Shown here piece by piece: positions 38,905 through 50,507 of a stretch of 64,000 nt of DNA. The DNA is from Planctomycetota bacterium (GTDB taxonomy: Bacteria > Planctomycetota > UBA11346), in contig JBBRLJ010000005.1 in the NCBI GenBank assembly GCA_038231435.1, forward strand, positions 69,900 to 133,899. The letters are read 5' to 3'. The notes below the pieces were generated by a model. It had not been told where the DNA came from, ran no database searches, and saw nothing but the letters and a program-made list of their open reading frames with translations. The position numbers and the translations under genes are program-made. Positions within the stretch are counted from its first letter, which is position 1; the number at the start of each line of letters is the position of its first letter.

Positions 38905-40230
38905 ATGCCCATGCCTAAGACCTGGAAGGGCAAAGCGCTGCCGACTGTCCTCACCAAGCTCTTCGAGGTTGAGAACGGGCATACGCTGGACGTCGCGCGC
39001 AGGCACGGCGCCTACGAGAACATCGGACCAGCCTTGTTCGACAAGAGCCAGTTCGAGCTGATCGAGATGGTGAAGGATTCGGGACTGCGCGGCCGCGGCG
39101 GCGCCGGCTTCCCGACCGGCATGAAGTGGAGCTTCGTGCCGCGCGGCGGCAAGCCGGTGTACCTGGTGATCAACGCCGACGAAGGCGAGCCCGGTACCTT
39201 CAAGGACCGGCTGTGCATGGATAAGGATCCGCACCTGCTGATCGAGGGCATGATCATCTCGGGCTTCGCGCTCGGCGTGCGCACCGCGTACATCTATGTG
39301 CGCGGCGAGATGCTGCCGATGATCCGCCGCCTGAATGCGGCGTTGAAGGAGGCGTACGACGCCGGCCTGCTCGGCGAGAACATCCAGGGCTCGGGCTACA
39401 GCCTCGACATCTACGTCCACCGCGGCGCGGGCGCGTACATCTGCGGCGAGGAGACCGGCCTCATCAATTCGCTCGAGGGCTTCAAGGGCCAGCCGCGCCT
39501 CAAGCCGCCGTTCCCCGCGGTGTCCGGCGCCTTCGCCAGCCCCACGGTGGTGAACAACGTCGAGACCATCATGGCGGTGCCGTTCATCCTCAAGAACGGG
39601 CCCAAGGGCTACCGCCAGTTCGGCACCGACAAGAGCCCCGGCTCGAAGCTGTTCTCGATCGCTGGCGATGTGAAGAACCCCGGCGTCTACGAGGTGCCGC
39701 TCGGCATCTCGTACATGGAGTTCTTCGACCTCTGCGGCGGGCTCGACGGCGAGCTGCTCGGCTGCATCCCCGGCGGCTCGTCCGCCCCGGTGCTGACGGC
39801 GGAAGAGACCAAGAAGGCGACCATGGACTACGAGTCCCTCGCCAGCCTCAAGTCGATGCTCGGCTCGGGCGCGGTCACGCCCTTCAACACCACGCGCGAC
39901 CCGGTGCTGATCCTCGAATCGATCGCGCGCTTCTACGCCCATGAATCCTGCGGGCAGTGCACGCCATGCCGCGAGGGCACGGGCTACGTCGACCGCATGG
40001 TGCGCAAGGTGGCGCGCGGCGAAGGCCGCGACGGCGACATCGACATGATCAAGGATCTGGCCGACCAGTACGAGTGGACGACCATCTGCGCCTTCGCCCC
40101 GGGCGCGGCGTGGCCGGTGCAGTCGTTCGTCACCAAGTTCCGCAAGCATTTCGACGAGTACGTGGCGAAGAACGCCAAGCACACCGAACCGCGGCCGCTC
40201 GAAGCGGTGCGGCCCGGGGCCTTCTGGTAA
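38905..40230 (+). CDS. nuoF: NADH-quinone oxidoreductase subunit F
   Basis: SGLRGRGGAGFPTGMKW, NADEGEPGTFKDR, GAGAYICGEET, ESCGQCTPCREG. Confidence 0.97.
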   Translation: MPMPKTWKGKALPTVLTKLFEVENGHTLDVARRHGAYENIGPALFDKSQFELIEMVKDSGLRGRGGAGFPTGMKWSFVPRGGKPVYLVINADEGEPGTFKDRLCMDKDPHLLIEGMIISGFALGVRTAYIYVRGEMLPMIRRLNAALKEAYDAGLLGENIQGSGYSLDIYVHRGAGAYICGEETGLINSLEGFKGQPRLKPPFPAVSGAFASPTVVNNVETIMAVPFILKNGPKGYRQFGTDKSPGSKLFSIAGDVKNPGVYEVPLGISYMEFFDLCGGLDGELLGCIPGGSSAPVLTAEETKKATMDYESLASLKSMLGSGAVTPFNTTRDPVLILESIARFYAHESCGQCTPCREGTGYVDRMVRKVARGEGRDGDIDMIKDLADQYEWTTICAFAPGAAWPVQSFVTKFRKHFDEYVAKNAKHTEPRPLEAVRPGAFW

Positions 40231-40279
40231 CGGTCATCGACGACAGCACGCACCGACACACCGAACGATCACGAGCACC

Positions 40280-41919
<1,640 letters not shown>

Positions 41920-41923
<4 letters not shown>

Positions 41924-43290
41924 GCGTGATCGAGTGGATCCAGGCGCATCCCTACCAGATCGCGGGTCTCATCCTGCCGATCGCGATCCCGCTGATCCTG
42001 TTCCAAGTGCTGCCGCTGCTGGTGCTGCTAGAGCGCCGCGGCGCCGGCTTCATCCAGGACCGCGCCGGCCCCAATCGCGCGTACATCCCCGCGCCCTTCA
42101 TCAAGCGCATCCGTGGCTTCGGCATCATCTACACGATGACCGACCTGGTGAAACTGGTGTTCAAGGAGAACTTCGTTCCGCCGTTCGCGTTCAAGTCGTT
42201 CTATTGGGCGGCGCCGGCGATCCCGGTGGCGACCGGATTGCTGACCCCCGCGCTGCTGCCGTGGTTCGCGCCGATCCCGTTCGTGAACTCGGCCCACCAG
42301 CTGGCCTGGCTCAACGGCACGCTGATCACCTCCAACTCGGGCCTGCTGCTGCTGTTCGCGCTCGGCTCGCTGACCGTGTACGGCGTGGTGCTCGGTTCGT
42401 GGTCGTCGAATTCGAAGTACAGCCTGCTCGGCGGCATGCGCGCCTCGGCGATGATGATCTCGTACGAGGTCAGCATGGGTCTGTCGGTGCTGGGCATGCT
42501 GCTGATCGTCGGCAGCTTCAGCCTCACCGACATCGTCGAATGGCAGGGCAGCCACACCTGGGGCATCATCGTGCAGCCGGTCGGCTTCGCGCTGTTCCTG
42601 GTCTCGATGTTCGCCGAGTGCAACCGCAACCCCTTCGACGTGGCCGAGGGCGAGTCCGAGATCGTCGGCGGCTTCCATACGGAATACGCGGGCGTGAAGT
42701 TCATGATGTTCATGACTGGCGAATACCTGCACGTGCTGGTGGCCTCAGCGCTGCTCGCCACCATCTATTGCGGCGGCTACCAGCTGCTGCCGATCCCCGG
42801 CTACGATACCGCCTGGGTGAAGGCCAACCTCGGACTGGTGCTGGCCATCCTGCTGGTGCCGACCGGCGCCCTGCTGCTGTTCGCCGCGTCGCTGGTCAAC
42901 GGCCGCCGCTCTCATTATGCCAAGACGAACTCGGTGGATCGAGATCTGCGCCTGCGCGAGTACGGTGTGTACGTCGCGGCATTCGCGGGCCTGGGCCTGA
43001 TGATGCTCGCCGGAGCCGTGGCCGCGTTCATGTTCCTGAAGACCTCGTCGGTCGGCGCCCCGGGCCGCGAGCTGCTCTACCCGGGATGGGTGAACATCGT
43101 CACGGCCGTGGTGCAGTTTCACATCGTCATCGGCAAGACCCTGTTCTTCGCCCTGATCTTCATCTGGGTGCGCTGGACGCTGCCGCGCTTCCGCTACGAC
43201 CAGATCATGGCGCTCGGCTGGAAGGTCATGCTCAACATCGCGCTCGTGAACCTGCTGGTGACCGCGATCCTCGCCAAGGCCATCAAATGA
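41920..43290 (+). CDS. nuoH: NADH-quinone oxidoreductase subunit H (enlarged)
   Basis: ERRGAGFIQDRAGPNR, SNSKYSLLGGMR, NRNPFDVAEGESE, WVRWTLPRFRYDQ. Confidence 0.95.
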
Positions 43291-43321
43291 TCGCCGCCGT
43301 CATCGGAAAGCCGGAGCCCGC

Positions 43322-43897
43322 ATGGCAAAAGTAGTCGCCCGTCCCAACCTGACGTTCTGGGAGAAGATCTATTTCGTCGAGATCTTCAAAGGCCTCGCCA
43401 CGACCTTCGGCCATGCCAAGAAGAGCCTGGTCGAAGCCGACCACTTCAAGACCCTCAACTATCCCGATGTGCCGCCGGATCTGCCGCGCGACTACCGCGC
43501 CCGCCATCGCCTGATGAAGCGCCCCGACGGCACCCCCCGCTGCGTTGCCTGCTTCATGTGCTCGACCGCCTGCCCCGCGCGCTGCATCAACATCGTCGCC
43601 GAGGAGAGCCCCGACCACCACATCGAGAAGCGCCCGGCGAAGTTCGAGATCGATCTGCTGCTGTGCGTGTTCTGCGGCTTCTGCGTCGAGGCCTGCCCGT
43701 GTGACGCCATCCGCATGGATACGCGCCAAGCGGTGCTCGCCGGCGACAACCGCCGCGACTTCGTGGTCGGCCGCGAACGCATGATGGACTGGGATCCGAA
43801 GGACTACCCGCTCGAGGACATCCAGAGCCAGAAGGCCCCGGGCGGCTCGCTGCACGCCAAGGCCCTCGAAGAGTTCAAGAGCGGAACCTACCACTAG
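43322..43897 (+). CDS. nuoI: NADH-quinone oxidoreductase subunit I
   Basis: Two CxxCxxCxxxCP ferredoxin motifs. Confidence 0.96.
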   Translation: MAKVVARPNLTFWEKIYFVEIFKGLATTFGHAKKSLVEADHFKTLNYPDVPPDLPRDYRARHRLMKRPDGTPRCVACFMCSTACPARCINIVAEESPDHHIEKRPAKFEIDLLLCVFCGFCVEACPCDAIRMDTRQAVLAGDNRRDFVVGRERMMDWDPKDYPLEDIQSQKAPGGSLHAKALEEFKSGTYH

Positions 43898-43937
43898 TTT
43901 TCCTGTCCCACCTCACCGGACGACAAGACACCTCTCC

Positions 43938-44540
43938 ATGCCCGAAAACATCGATCATCTCATCGGCACCGTCTACTTCGGGCTGTTCGCGTTGGCCGCC
44001 CTGCTGTGCTCGGCTGGCTTGCTGATGTCGCGCCATCCGCTCAACGGCGCGGTCTACCTGATCGGCGTGATGCTCTCGATCAGCGGCATCTACGCGCTGT
44101 TGGGCAGCCCGTTCCTGGGCGTCATCCAGATCTTGGTCTACGCCGGCGCGATCATGATGCTGGTGGTGTTCGTGATCATGGTGCTGAACCAGGCGCAGGA
44201 CCACCGCGTGCCGCGCTTCGATCGCTACAGCATCCTCGGCGCGCTGATGCCGCTCGCGCTGCTCGCGGCGGTGGTGCAGGCGCTGCACGCGCAGCCCATG
44301 CCCGTCGATCCGCACGCCCTACGCGGCGACATCGCCGCGATCGCGCCCGCGATGTTCGACCTGAGCGCCATGCCGGGCCATGACGGCCACGGCTACTACC
44401 TGCTCTTCGAGCTGATCGGCGTGCTGCTGCTGGTCGCGGTGGTCGCGGCGGTGATGCTCGCCAAGCGCACGCTGGAATCGACCGAGACGCCCGGCGGCGC
44501 CATGGCGGAAGCCCACGGAGCCACCCATGACGGCCATTGA
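43938..44540 (+). CDS. nuoJ: NADH-quinone oxidoreductase subunit J
   Basis: QILVYAGAIMMLVVFVIM, FELIGVLLLVA. Confidence 0.95.
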   Translation: MPENIDHLIGTVYFGLFALAALLCSAGLLMSRHPLNGAVYLIGVMLSISGIYALLGSPFLGVIQILVYAGAIMMLVVFVIMVLNQAQDHRVPRFDRYSILGALMPLALLAAVVQALHAQPMPVDPHALRGDIAAIAPAMFDLSAMPGHDGHGYYLLFELIGVLLLVAVVAAVMLAKRTLESTETPGGAMAEAHGATHDGH

Positions 44541-44844
44541 TCCGTTCCACGTCCAGCTGCTGGCGGCCCTGCTCTTCACCCTCGGGCTGATGGTGGTGCT
44601 CGCGCGCCGCAACATCTTCCTCGTGCTGATGGGCGTCGAGCTGATGCTCAACGCGGTGAATCTCAGCTTCGTCGGATTCAGCCAACAGCTGCCCGGGGCG
44701 CAATCCCTGTGGGGCCAGCTGACGCCACTGTTCACCATCGCCATCGCCGCCGCCGAAGCCTGTGTCGGCCTGGCCATGGTGATCTGCATCACCCGCGGCA
44801 AGGACACCGTCGACAGCGACGCCTTCGCGGACATGAAAGAATAG
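44527..44844 (+). CDS. nuoK: NADH-quinone oxidoreductase subunit K
   Basis: RRNIFLVLMGVELMLNAVN, IAAAEACVGLA. Confidence 0.96.
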   Translation: MTAIDPFHVQLLAALLFTLGLMVVLARRNIFLVLMGVELMLNAVNLSFVGFSQQLPGAQSLWGQLTPLFTIAIAAAEACVGLAMVICITRGKDTVDSDAFADMKE

Positions 44845-44855
44845 AGGACGCCTCG

Positions 44856-46919
44856 GTGAACTCGTACTTCCCGCTCTGGCTCATCGCCGCACTGCCGCTG
44901 CTCGGCGCCATCCTCAACGGGGCGCTCAGCCTCGCCGGCGCGCGCTCCGCGAACGGACCCAGCAAGGGGTTCGTCTCGCTCATCGCAGTAGCCTGCCCTG
45001 GCCTGAGCTTCGCCTTCACGCTCGCCGCCGCGAGCCACCTGTCCGCCACCGCGCCCATGAGCCAGTCGCTGTGGACGTGGTTCTCGGCCGGGGGCTTCCA
45101 TCTCGACTTCACCCTGCTCTTCGACCGCCTGACCAGCATGATGCTGCTGTTCGTGACCGGCATCGGCACGCTCATCCACCTGTATTCGGTCGGGTACATG
45201 TGGAACGACCGCGGCTTCGCGCGCTTCATGGCCTACATGAACCTGTTCATGTTCAGCATGATCATGCTCGTGCTCGGCGGCAATCTGCCGGTCACCTTCA
45301 TGGGCTGGGAAGGCGTCGGCCTGTGCTCGTACCTGCTGATCGGCTTCTGGCACCACAACACCGAATACAACGACGCGGCCCGCAAGGCCTTCGTGATGAA
45401 CCGAATCGGCGATCTCGGCTTCCTGCTCGGCGCGTTCGCGCTCGTGCAGGTGTGCGGAAGCCTCGATTACCTGGACATCCGCGGCTGGTTCCACAACGCG
45501 CCAGGCGGCGACGCGATGTCGCCATCCACCCATGGCTGGATCAAGGCGGCGGCGCTGCTGATCTTCCTCGGCTGCACCGGCAAGAGCGCGCAGATCCCAC
45601 TGCTCACCTGGCTGCCCGACGCGATGGCCGGCCCGACTCCGGTCTCAGCGCTCATCCACGCCGCGACCATGGTCACCTCGGGCGTCTACCTGGTCGCGCG
45701 CTTGGGCGACCTGTACTCGTTCGTGCCCGAGGTGCTGTCGGTGATCCTGGTGATCGGCTGCCTGACCGCGATCTTTGGCGCAGTCGCGGGCCTCTTCCAG
45801 AACGACATCAAGAAGGCGCTCGCGTATTCCACCGTCAGCCAGCTCGGCTTCATGTTCATGGCCTGCGGCGTCGGCGCCTATGACGTGGCGCTGTTCCACG
45901 TCTTCACCCACGCCTTCTTCAAGGCCACGCTGTTCCTCGGCGCGGGCGCGATCATCCACGGCCTCCACCACGAGCAGGACATGCGCCGCATGGGCGGACT
46001 GCACAAGCTGAAGGGCATGTTCGTCGCCTACATGGTGCTGTGCTTCGGCTGGTACGCGATCCTCGGTCTGCCGGGCGGATCGGGCTTCGTCTCCAAGGAT
46101 CTCATCCTCGAGCGCCTGTGGCATGGCCACGCAGCGCTGACCATCGGCTCGAGCCACGTCGACATCGCCCAGATCGTGGCGGTGGCGGCGCTGATCACCG
46201 CGCTGATCACCGCGATCTACATGACCCGCGTCATGATGCTGACCTTCTGGAGCCCGAGCCGCCTGAGCGACGAGGCCAAGCACCATGTCGAGGGCACGCC
46301 CTTCACCATGGCGCTGCCGCTGATCATCCTGGGCGCCGGCAGCATGGGCGCCGGTTACCTGTGGTTCGAGCCGATGCGACTCGACATCTTCTACGAATAC
46401 CTCAAGCCGGTCCTGCATCCGAACGAGATGGCCGCGGCCGGCGGCCTCGCGCCGGGGATGGAGGGCGCCACGGTCGTCCAAACCGATTGGCTGGTGACCT
46501 TCATGGCTACGGTCGGGTGCATCGCCGGCCTGCTGATCGCGGTGGTGGTGTGGCGCAAGGGTCCGACCGGTAAGAGCGCCGAAGCCCATCCGTCGAGCGA
46601 CCCGACCGGATTCGGCGCGAGCTGGACCTGGGCCTTCGATCGCATCTATCACGTGCTGGTGGTGCTGCCGACGCGCTGGGCCAGCCTCATCCTCTATTGG
46701 CTGGTCGAGCAGGCGCTCATTGGCGGCATCACCTACGCGATCGCCGAGCTCACCGCCTACCTCGGCGACGGTTACGCCACCATCCAGCGCTCGCGCCTGC
46801 GCACCAGCCTGGTGCTGTCGGTGGCGGGAGCCGCGGCCATCCTCTGGATCCACCCGATCACCGATGGCATCCGCTACGCGTCCTCAGCCCTCAGCCACAT
46901 CCTGAGTCTCCTGTACTGA
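44856..46919 (+). CDS. nuoL: NADH-quinone oxidoreductase subunit L
   Basis: GWEGVGLCSYLLIGFW, GKSAQIPL, WLPDAMAGPTPVSALIHAATMV; GTG start after GAGG. Confidence 0.96.
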   Translation: MNSYFPLWLIAALPLLGAILNGALSLAGARSANGPSKGFVSLIAVACPGLSFAFTLAAASHLSATAPMSQSLWTWFSAGGFHLDFTLLFDRLTSMMLLFVTGIGTLIHLYSVGYMWNDRGFARFMAYMNLFMFSMIMLVLGGNLPVTFMGWEGVGLCSYLLIGFWHHNTEYNDAARKAFVMNRIGDLGFLLGAFALVQVCGSLDYLDIRGWFHNAPGGDAMSPSTHGWIKAAALLIFLGCTGKSAQIPLLTWLPDAMAGPTPVSALIHAATMVTSGVYLVARLGDLYSFVPEVLSVILVIGCLTAIFGAVAGLFQNDIKKALAYSTVSQLGFMFMACGVGAYDVALFHVFTHAFFKATLFLGAGAIIHGLHHEQDMRRMGGLHKLKGMFVAYMVLCFGWYAILGLPGGSGFVSKDLILERLWHGHAALTIGSSHVDIAQIVAVAALITALITAIYMTRVMMLTFWSPSRLSDEAKHHVEGTPFTMALPLIILGAGSMGAGYLWFEPMRLDIFYEYLKPVLHPNEMAAAGGLAPGMEGATVVQTDWLVTFMATVGCIAGLLIAVVVWRKGPTGKSAEAHPSSDPTGFGASWTWAFDRIYHVLVVLPTRWASLILYWLVEQALIGGITYAIAELTAYLGDGYATIQRSRLRTSLVLSVAGAAAILWIHPITDGIRYASSALSHILSLLY

Positions 46920-46920
46920 C

Positions 46921-48501
46921 ATGCTCTACCTCCTGCTCGCTTCTCCCTTCGTCGCCGCGCTCGTGGTCTGCCTGGCCGCCGGCAAGGACAGCGACGCCAA
47001 CTTCCGCTTCGGCCTGGTGCTGAGCCTGGCCATCGCCGTGCTCGGGCTGCCGCTGGTGGCGCCCGGGCTGGCCTATGCCGGCATGTTCGCGCCTGTCTCA
47101 CTGAGCTGGTTCCCGCTCTGGGGCACCGGAGCCACCGTGCACCTGTCGCTCGCGAGCGACGGCTTGAGCGGCTGGTTGATCCAGCTGGTCACCTGGCTGA
47201 CGCCGATCGCGATCCTCGGCAGCCGCCGACAGGTCGGCTCGCGGATGCGTGAGTTCATCGCCTGCGTGCTCGCCATGGAAGCGCTGATGATCGGTGCGCT
47301 GCTGGCGCGCGACCTGGTGGTCTTCTATCTGTGCTTCGAGGGCATGCTCATCCCGATGGTGGTGATCATCGCGCTGTTCGGTGGCATCGAGCGCCGTGCC
47401 GCCGCGCTGTGGTTCTTCCTCTACACCATGCTCGGCTCGATCTTCATGCTGGTCGGCATCTGGTACATCGCCTGGATGATCCATTCGACCGACCTGCGCA
47501 CCGTCATCGACGGCATGTTCGCGATCCCGGCCAAGGCCCAGCAATTGCTGTTCTTCTCGTTCGCGCTCGCCTTCGCGGTCAAGGTGCCGCTGGTGCCATT
47601 CCACGGCTGGCAGCCGCGCACCTATTCCGAGACCCCGGGAGCGGGCGTGGTGCTGCTCGCCGGCGCCATGGCCAAGATCGGCGTCTACGGCTTCCTGCGC
47701 TTCGTGCTGCCGATCTTCCCCGCGCTCAGCGCCGAGTGGGCGCACCTGTTCATCGTGCTCGGGGCCATCGGCACCGTGGGCGGCGCGCTGGTGGCGATCG
47801 CGCAGGACGATGCGAAGCGCATGCTCGCGTATTCCAGCCTGAGCCATCTCGGCCTGGTCATGGTCGGCATCTTCAGCTTCTCGCCGGTCGCGCTCAACGG
47901 CGCCGCGGTGCAGATGGTCGCGCACGGCTTCTCGGTGGCGGCGCTGTTTCTGATGGTCGGCTACATGGAGGCGCGCGCGCAGACCGTCGGACTCGACGAC
48001 TTCGGCGGGCTCGCCAACCGCATGCCGGTGATGGCGGTGATGTTCGTGCTCGCCGCGCTGGCCTCGGCGGCGCTGCCGGGAACCATGAATTTCATCGGCG
48101 AATTCCAGCTCCTGCTCGGCATCTTCCTCGGCATCGGCCTGTGGACCGCCGCCTTCGTCGGCCTGTCGGTGATCCTCGGCGTGGTGTACCTGCTGATCCT
48201 CATCCAGCGCTGGTTCTATGGCAAGGTCCAGGGCCATTCCGGTCAGGATCCGGCGCAGATGACCGACGTGTCACCGTCCGAGGCGCTCGCGGTCCTGCCG
48301 CTGCTGCTGGCCAGTTTCTTCTTCGGCTTCTACCCGTCGCCGATCAGCACCCAGGCCGGCAAGGTCGCCGAGGAGCTCGGGGCCGCCGCCGGCGCCGAAT
48401 CCGGCAATCCGCCGGCTGCCGCCGCCAATCCCGCGCTAGCACCCGACGTCGCCGCAACCGCTCCCAGCCCGACCGACCCAACCGCCCCCACCGAGCCCTG
48501 A
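46921..48501 (+). CDS. nuoM: NADH-quinone oxidoreductase subunit M
   Basis: FAVKVPLVPFHGW, AYSSLSHLG, LPGTMNFIGEF. Confidence 0.95.
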   Translation: MLYLLLASPFVAALVVCLAAGKDSDANFRFGLVLSLAIAVLGLPLVAPGLAYAGMFAPVSLSWFPLWGTGATVHLSLASDGLSGWLIQLVTWLTPIAILGSRRQVGSRMREFIACVLAMEALMIGALLARDLVVFYLCFEGMLIPMVVIIALFGGIERRAAALWFFLYTMLGSIFMLVGIWYIAWMIHSTDLRTVIDGMFAIPAKAQQLLFFSFALAFAVKVPLVPFHGWQPRTYSETPGAGVVLLAGAMAKIGVYGFLRFVLPIFPALSAEWAHLFIVLGAIGTVGGALVAIAQDDAKRMLAYSSLSHLGLVMVGIFSFSPVALNGAAVQMVAHGFSVAALFLMVGYMEARAQTVGLDDFGGLANRMPVMAVMFVLAALASAALPGTMNFIGEFQLLLGIFLGIGLWTAAFVGLSVILGVVYLLILIQRWFYGKVQGHSGQDPAQMTDVSPSEALAVLPLLLASFFFGFYPSPISTQAGKVAEELGAAAGAESGNPPAAAANPALAPDVAATAPSPTDPTAPTEP

Positions 48502-48505
48502 GACC

Positions 48506-50059
48506 ATGCCGTCATCCGATCTCTTCTCGCTCCTGCTGCCCGCGCTGCTGGTCACCTGCGGCGGACTGGCCGTGCTCGGCGCCGAGCCCTTTCTGCAGCG
48601 CGCCGCCAAGCACGCGTGGCTGCCGTGGACTGCAGCGATCTTCCTGATCGCCGCCGGCATCGCCCAGGCGCTGGTCTCGCACATCGGTGGCATGGGCCAG
48701 CTGCATGGCATCTTCGCGATGGACACCGCGCGCATGTGGCTGTGCGAGGCCGTCATCGGTTCCACGCTGTGCGCGCTCGCCGGTCTGCAGCAGACCCTCG
48801 GACGCGACCAGTACGCGGGCGGCGAGCCCTACGCCCTGACCATGTTCGCCGCGCTCGGCGCGATGCTCATGACCATGGCCACCGACGCGCTCTCGCTGTT
48901 CGTCGCGCTCGAGATCACCAGTCTCAGCGTCTACGCCCTGGTCGGTCTGCGCCGGCAGGACCGCGCCTCCAACGAAGGCCTGTTCAAGTACTTCGTCATG
49001 GGCGCGGTATTCAGCGCGATCTTCCTCTACGGCGCGGCCCTCACCTACGGAGCCACCGGCCATACCCAGTTCGGCTTCGCCGCGCTCCCGGGCCGCGACG
49101 CCCTGCTCAAGCTCGGCCAACTGCTGATCGTCATCGGGCTGCTCTTCAAGATCGGCGCGGTGCCATTCCACTTCTGGAGCCCCGATGCCTACACCGGCGC
49201 GCCGGCGGCGATCACCGGTTTCATGGGCGCGGTGGTCAAGATCGGCGGCTTCGCCGCGCTCGGCGCGGTGTGGATGAACCTGGTGGCCGCGCTCGGCGGC
49301 ACGCTGCGCCCTGGCGACGTGCTCGGCCTCGACTCGGTAGTGCAGGTGACGGGCAGGGCCCAGACCGAGCTCCACGATTTCCAGCTGATCTTCCTCTTCC
49401 TTGGCGTGATGAGCATTGTGCTCGGCAACTTCAGCGCCCTCAAGCAGACCAGCGCGCGGCGCATGATCGCTTTCAGCTCGGTGGCGCACGCTGGCTACAT
49501 GCTGCTCGCCTTCGCGCTCCCGCGCGAGGGACAGCTCGCGCTCGGCTCGCTGTGGTTCTATCTGGTCGGCTACGGCATCGTCACCGCGGGCGCGATGTCC
49601 TCGATCGCGGCGATGGCCGGGCCCGACGATGCCAACGACAGTCTCAGCGGTCTCGCGGGCCAGGGTCGCGCATCGCCGTTCCACGGCCTGGTGCTGACGG
49701 TGTTCATGGCCAGCTTCGCCGGCATCCCGCCGACGGTCGGCTTCCTCGGCAAGTACCTGATCTTCTCGGATCTCGTGGTGAAGGGATTCTGGCCGGTCGC
49801 GGTGTTCGCGATGCTGATGGCGGTGGTCGGCGCGGCGTATTACCTGCGCCTGGTGATCACGATTTGGGCGTCGCCGTCCAAGGAGCCCGCGCGCACCGGT
49901 CCGAGCGCGATGGGCGCCTGGGTGATCTCGGGCGCGGCGGTCGCGACGGTCGCGCTGATCGCAGCTCCGAATGCGCTCTACAAGGGCTCACAGGCGCCGG
50001 CCCCGAGCGCGGTCTCGATGACGGCCCCGTCGGCACTCGAGCCAGCTCCCGCCCCCTGA
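48506..50059 (+). CDS. nuoN: NADH-quinone oxidoreductase subunit N
   Basis: EGLFKYF, FKIGAVPFHFWSPDAYTGAP, AGIPPTVGFLGK, YYLR. Confidence 0.95.
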   Translation: MPSSDLFSLLLPALLVTCGGLAVLGAEPFLQRAAKHAWLPWTAAIFLIAAGIAQALVSHIGGMGQLHGIFAMDTARMWLCEAVIGSTLCALAGLQQTLGRDQYAGGEPYALTMFAALGAMLMTMATDALSLFVALEITSLSVYALVGLRRQDRASNEGLFKYFVMGAVFSAIFLYGAALTYGATGHTQFGFAALPGRDALLKLGQLLIVIGLLFKIGAVPFHFWSPDAYTGAPAAITGFMGAVVKIGGFAALGAVWMNLVAALGGTLRPGDVLGLDSVVQVTGRAQTELHDFQLIFLFLGVMSIVLGNFSALKQTSARRMIAFSSVAHAGYMLLAFALPREGQLALGSLWFYLVGYGIVTAGAMSSIAAMAGPDDANDSLSGLAGQGRASPFHGLVLTVFMASFAGIPPTVGFLGKYLIFSDLVVKGFWPVAVFAMLMAVVGAAYYLRLVITIWASPSKEPARTGPSAMGAWVISGAAVATVALIAAPNALYKGSQAPAPSAVSMTAPSALEPAPAP

Positions 50060-50095
50060 TCGGCACGCCGTCGACCATCCGGAGAGCCTCGTCCG

Positions 50096-50497
50096 ATGGC
50101 ATCGCCCAGTCACATCCAGAGCATCCGCGTGCGCTACGCCGAAAGCGATCAGATGGGCTTCGCCCATCACGGCGCCTACGTGGTCTGGCTCGAGGAAGCG
50201 CGCATCGAGTGGCTGCGCGCTGTAGGCGCCAGCTATCGCGAGCTCGAGGCCGATGGCGTGCTGATGCCGGTGATCGAATGCACGATCCGCTACCGCAAGA
50301 GCCTGCGCTTCGACGACGTCGCCGAGCTCGAGACCTCCATCTCCGCGAGGGGGCCGAGCCGGCTGACCTTCGCGACCGTGGTCAGGCACGAAGGCCAGGT
50401 CTGCGCCGAGGGCTCGGTCACCGTCGCCGCGGTCACGCGCGAGGGCAAGCCGACGCGTCTGCCGGCGAAGATGGCCGCCATCCTGGACCAGGCGTGA
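50096..50497 (+). CDS. Acyl-CoA thioesterase, YbgC/FadM (4HBT) hotdog family
   Basis: RVRYAESDQMGFAHHGAYVVWLEEAR. Confidence 0.9.
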   Translation: MASPSHIQSIRVRYAESDQMGFAHHGAYVVWLEEARIEWLRAVGASYRELEADGVLMPVIECTIRYRKSLRFDDVAELETSISARGPSRLTFATVVRHEGQVCAEGSVTVAAVTREGKPTRLPAKMAAILDQA

Positions 50498-50507
50498 TCG
50501 CCCGGCC

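Noticed and set aside
37648..40182. 844-aa antisense ORF over nuoE/F, and similar long shadow ORFs (4430-6469, 22630-24675, 30301-32457, 59252-61069)
   Set aside because: Expected from high-GC codon bias opposite real genes; no recognisable motifs
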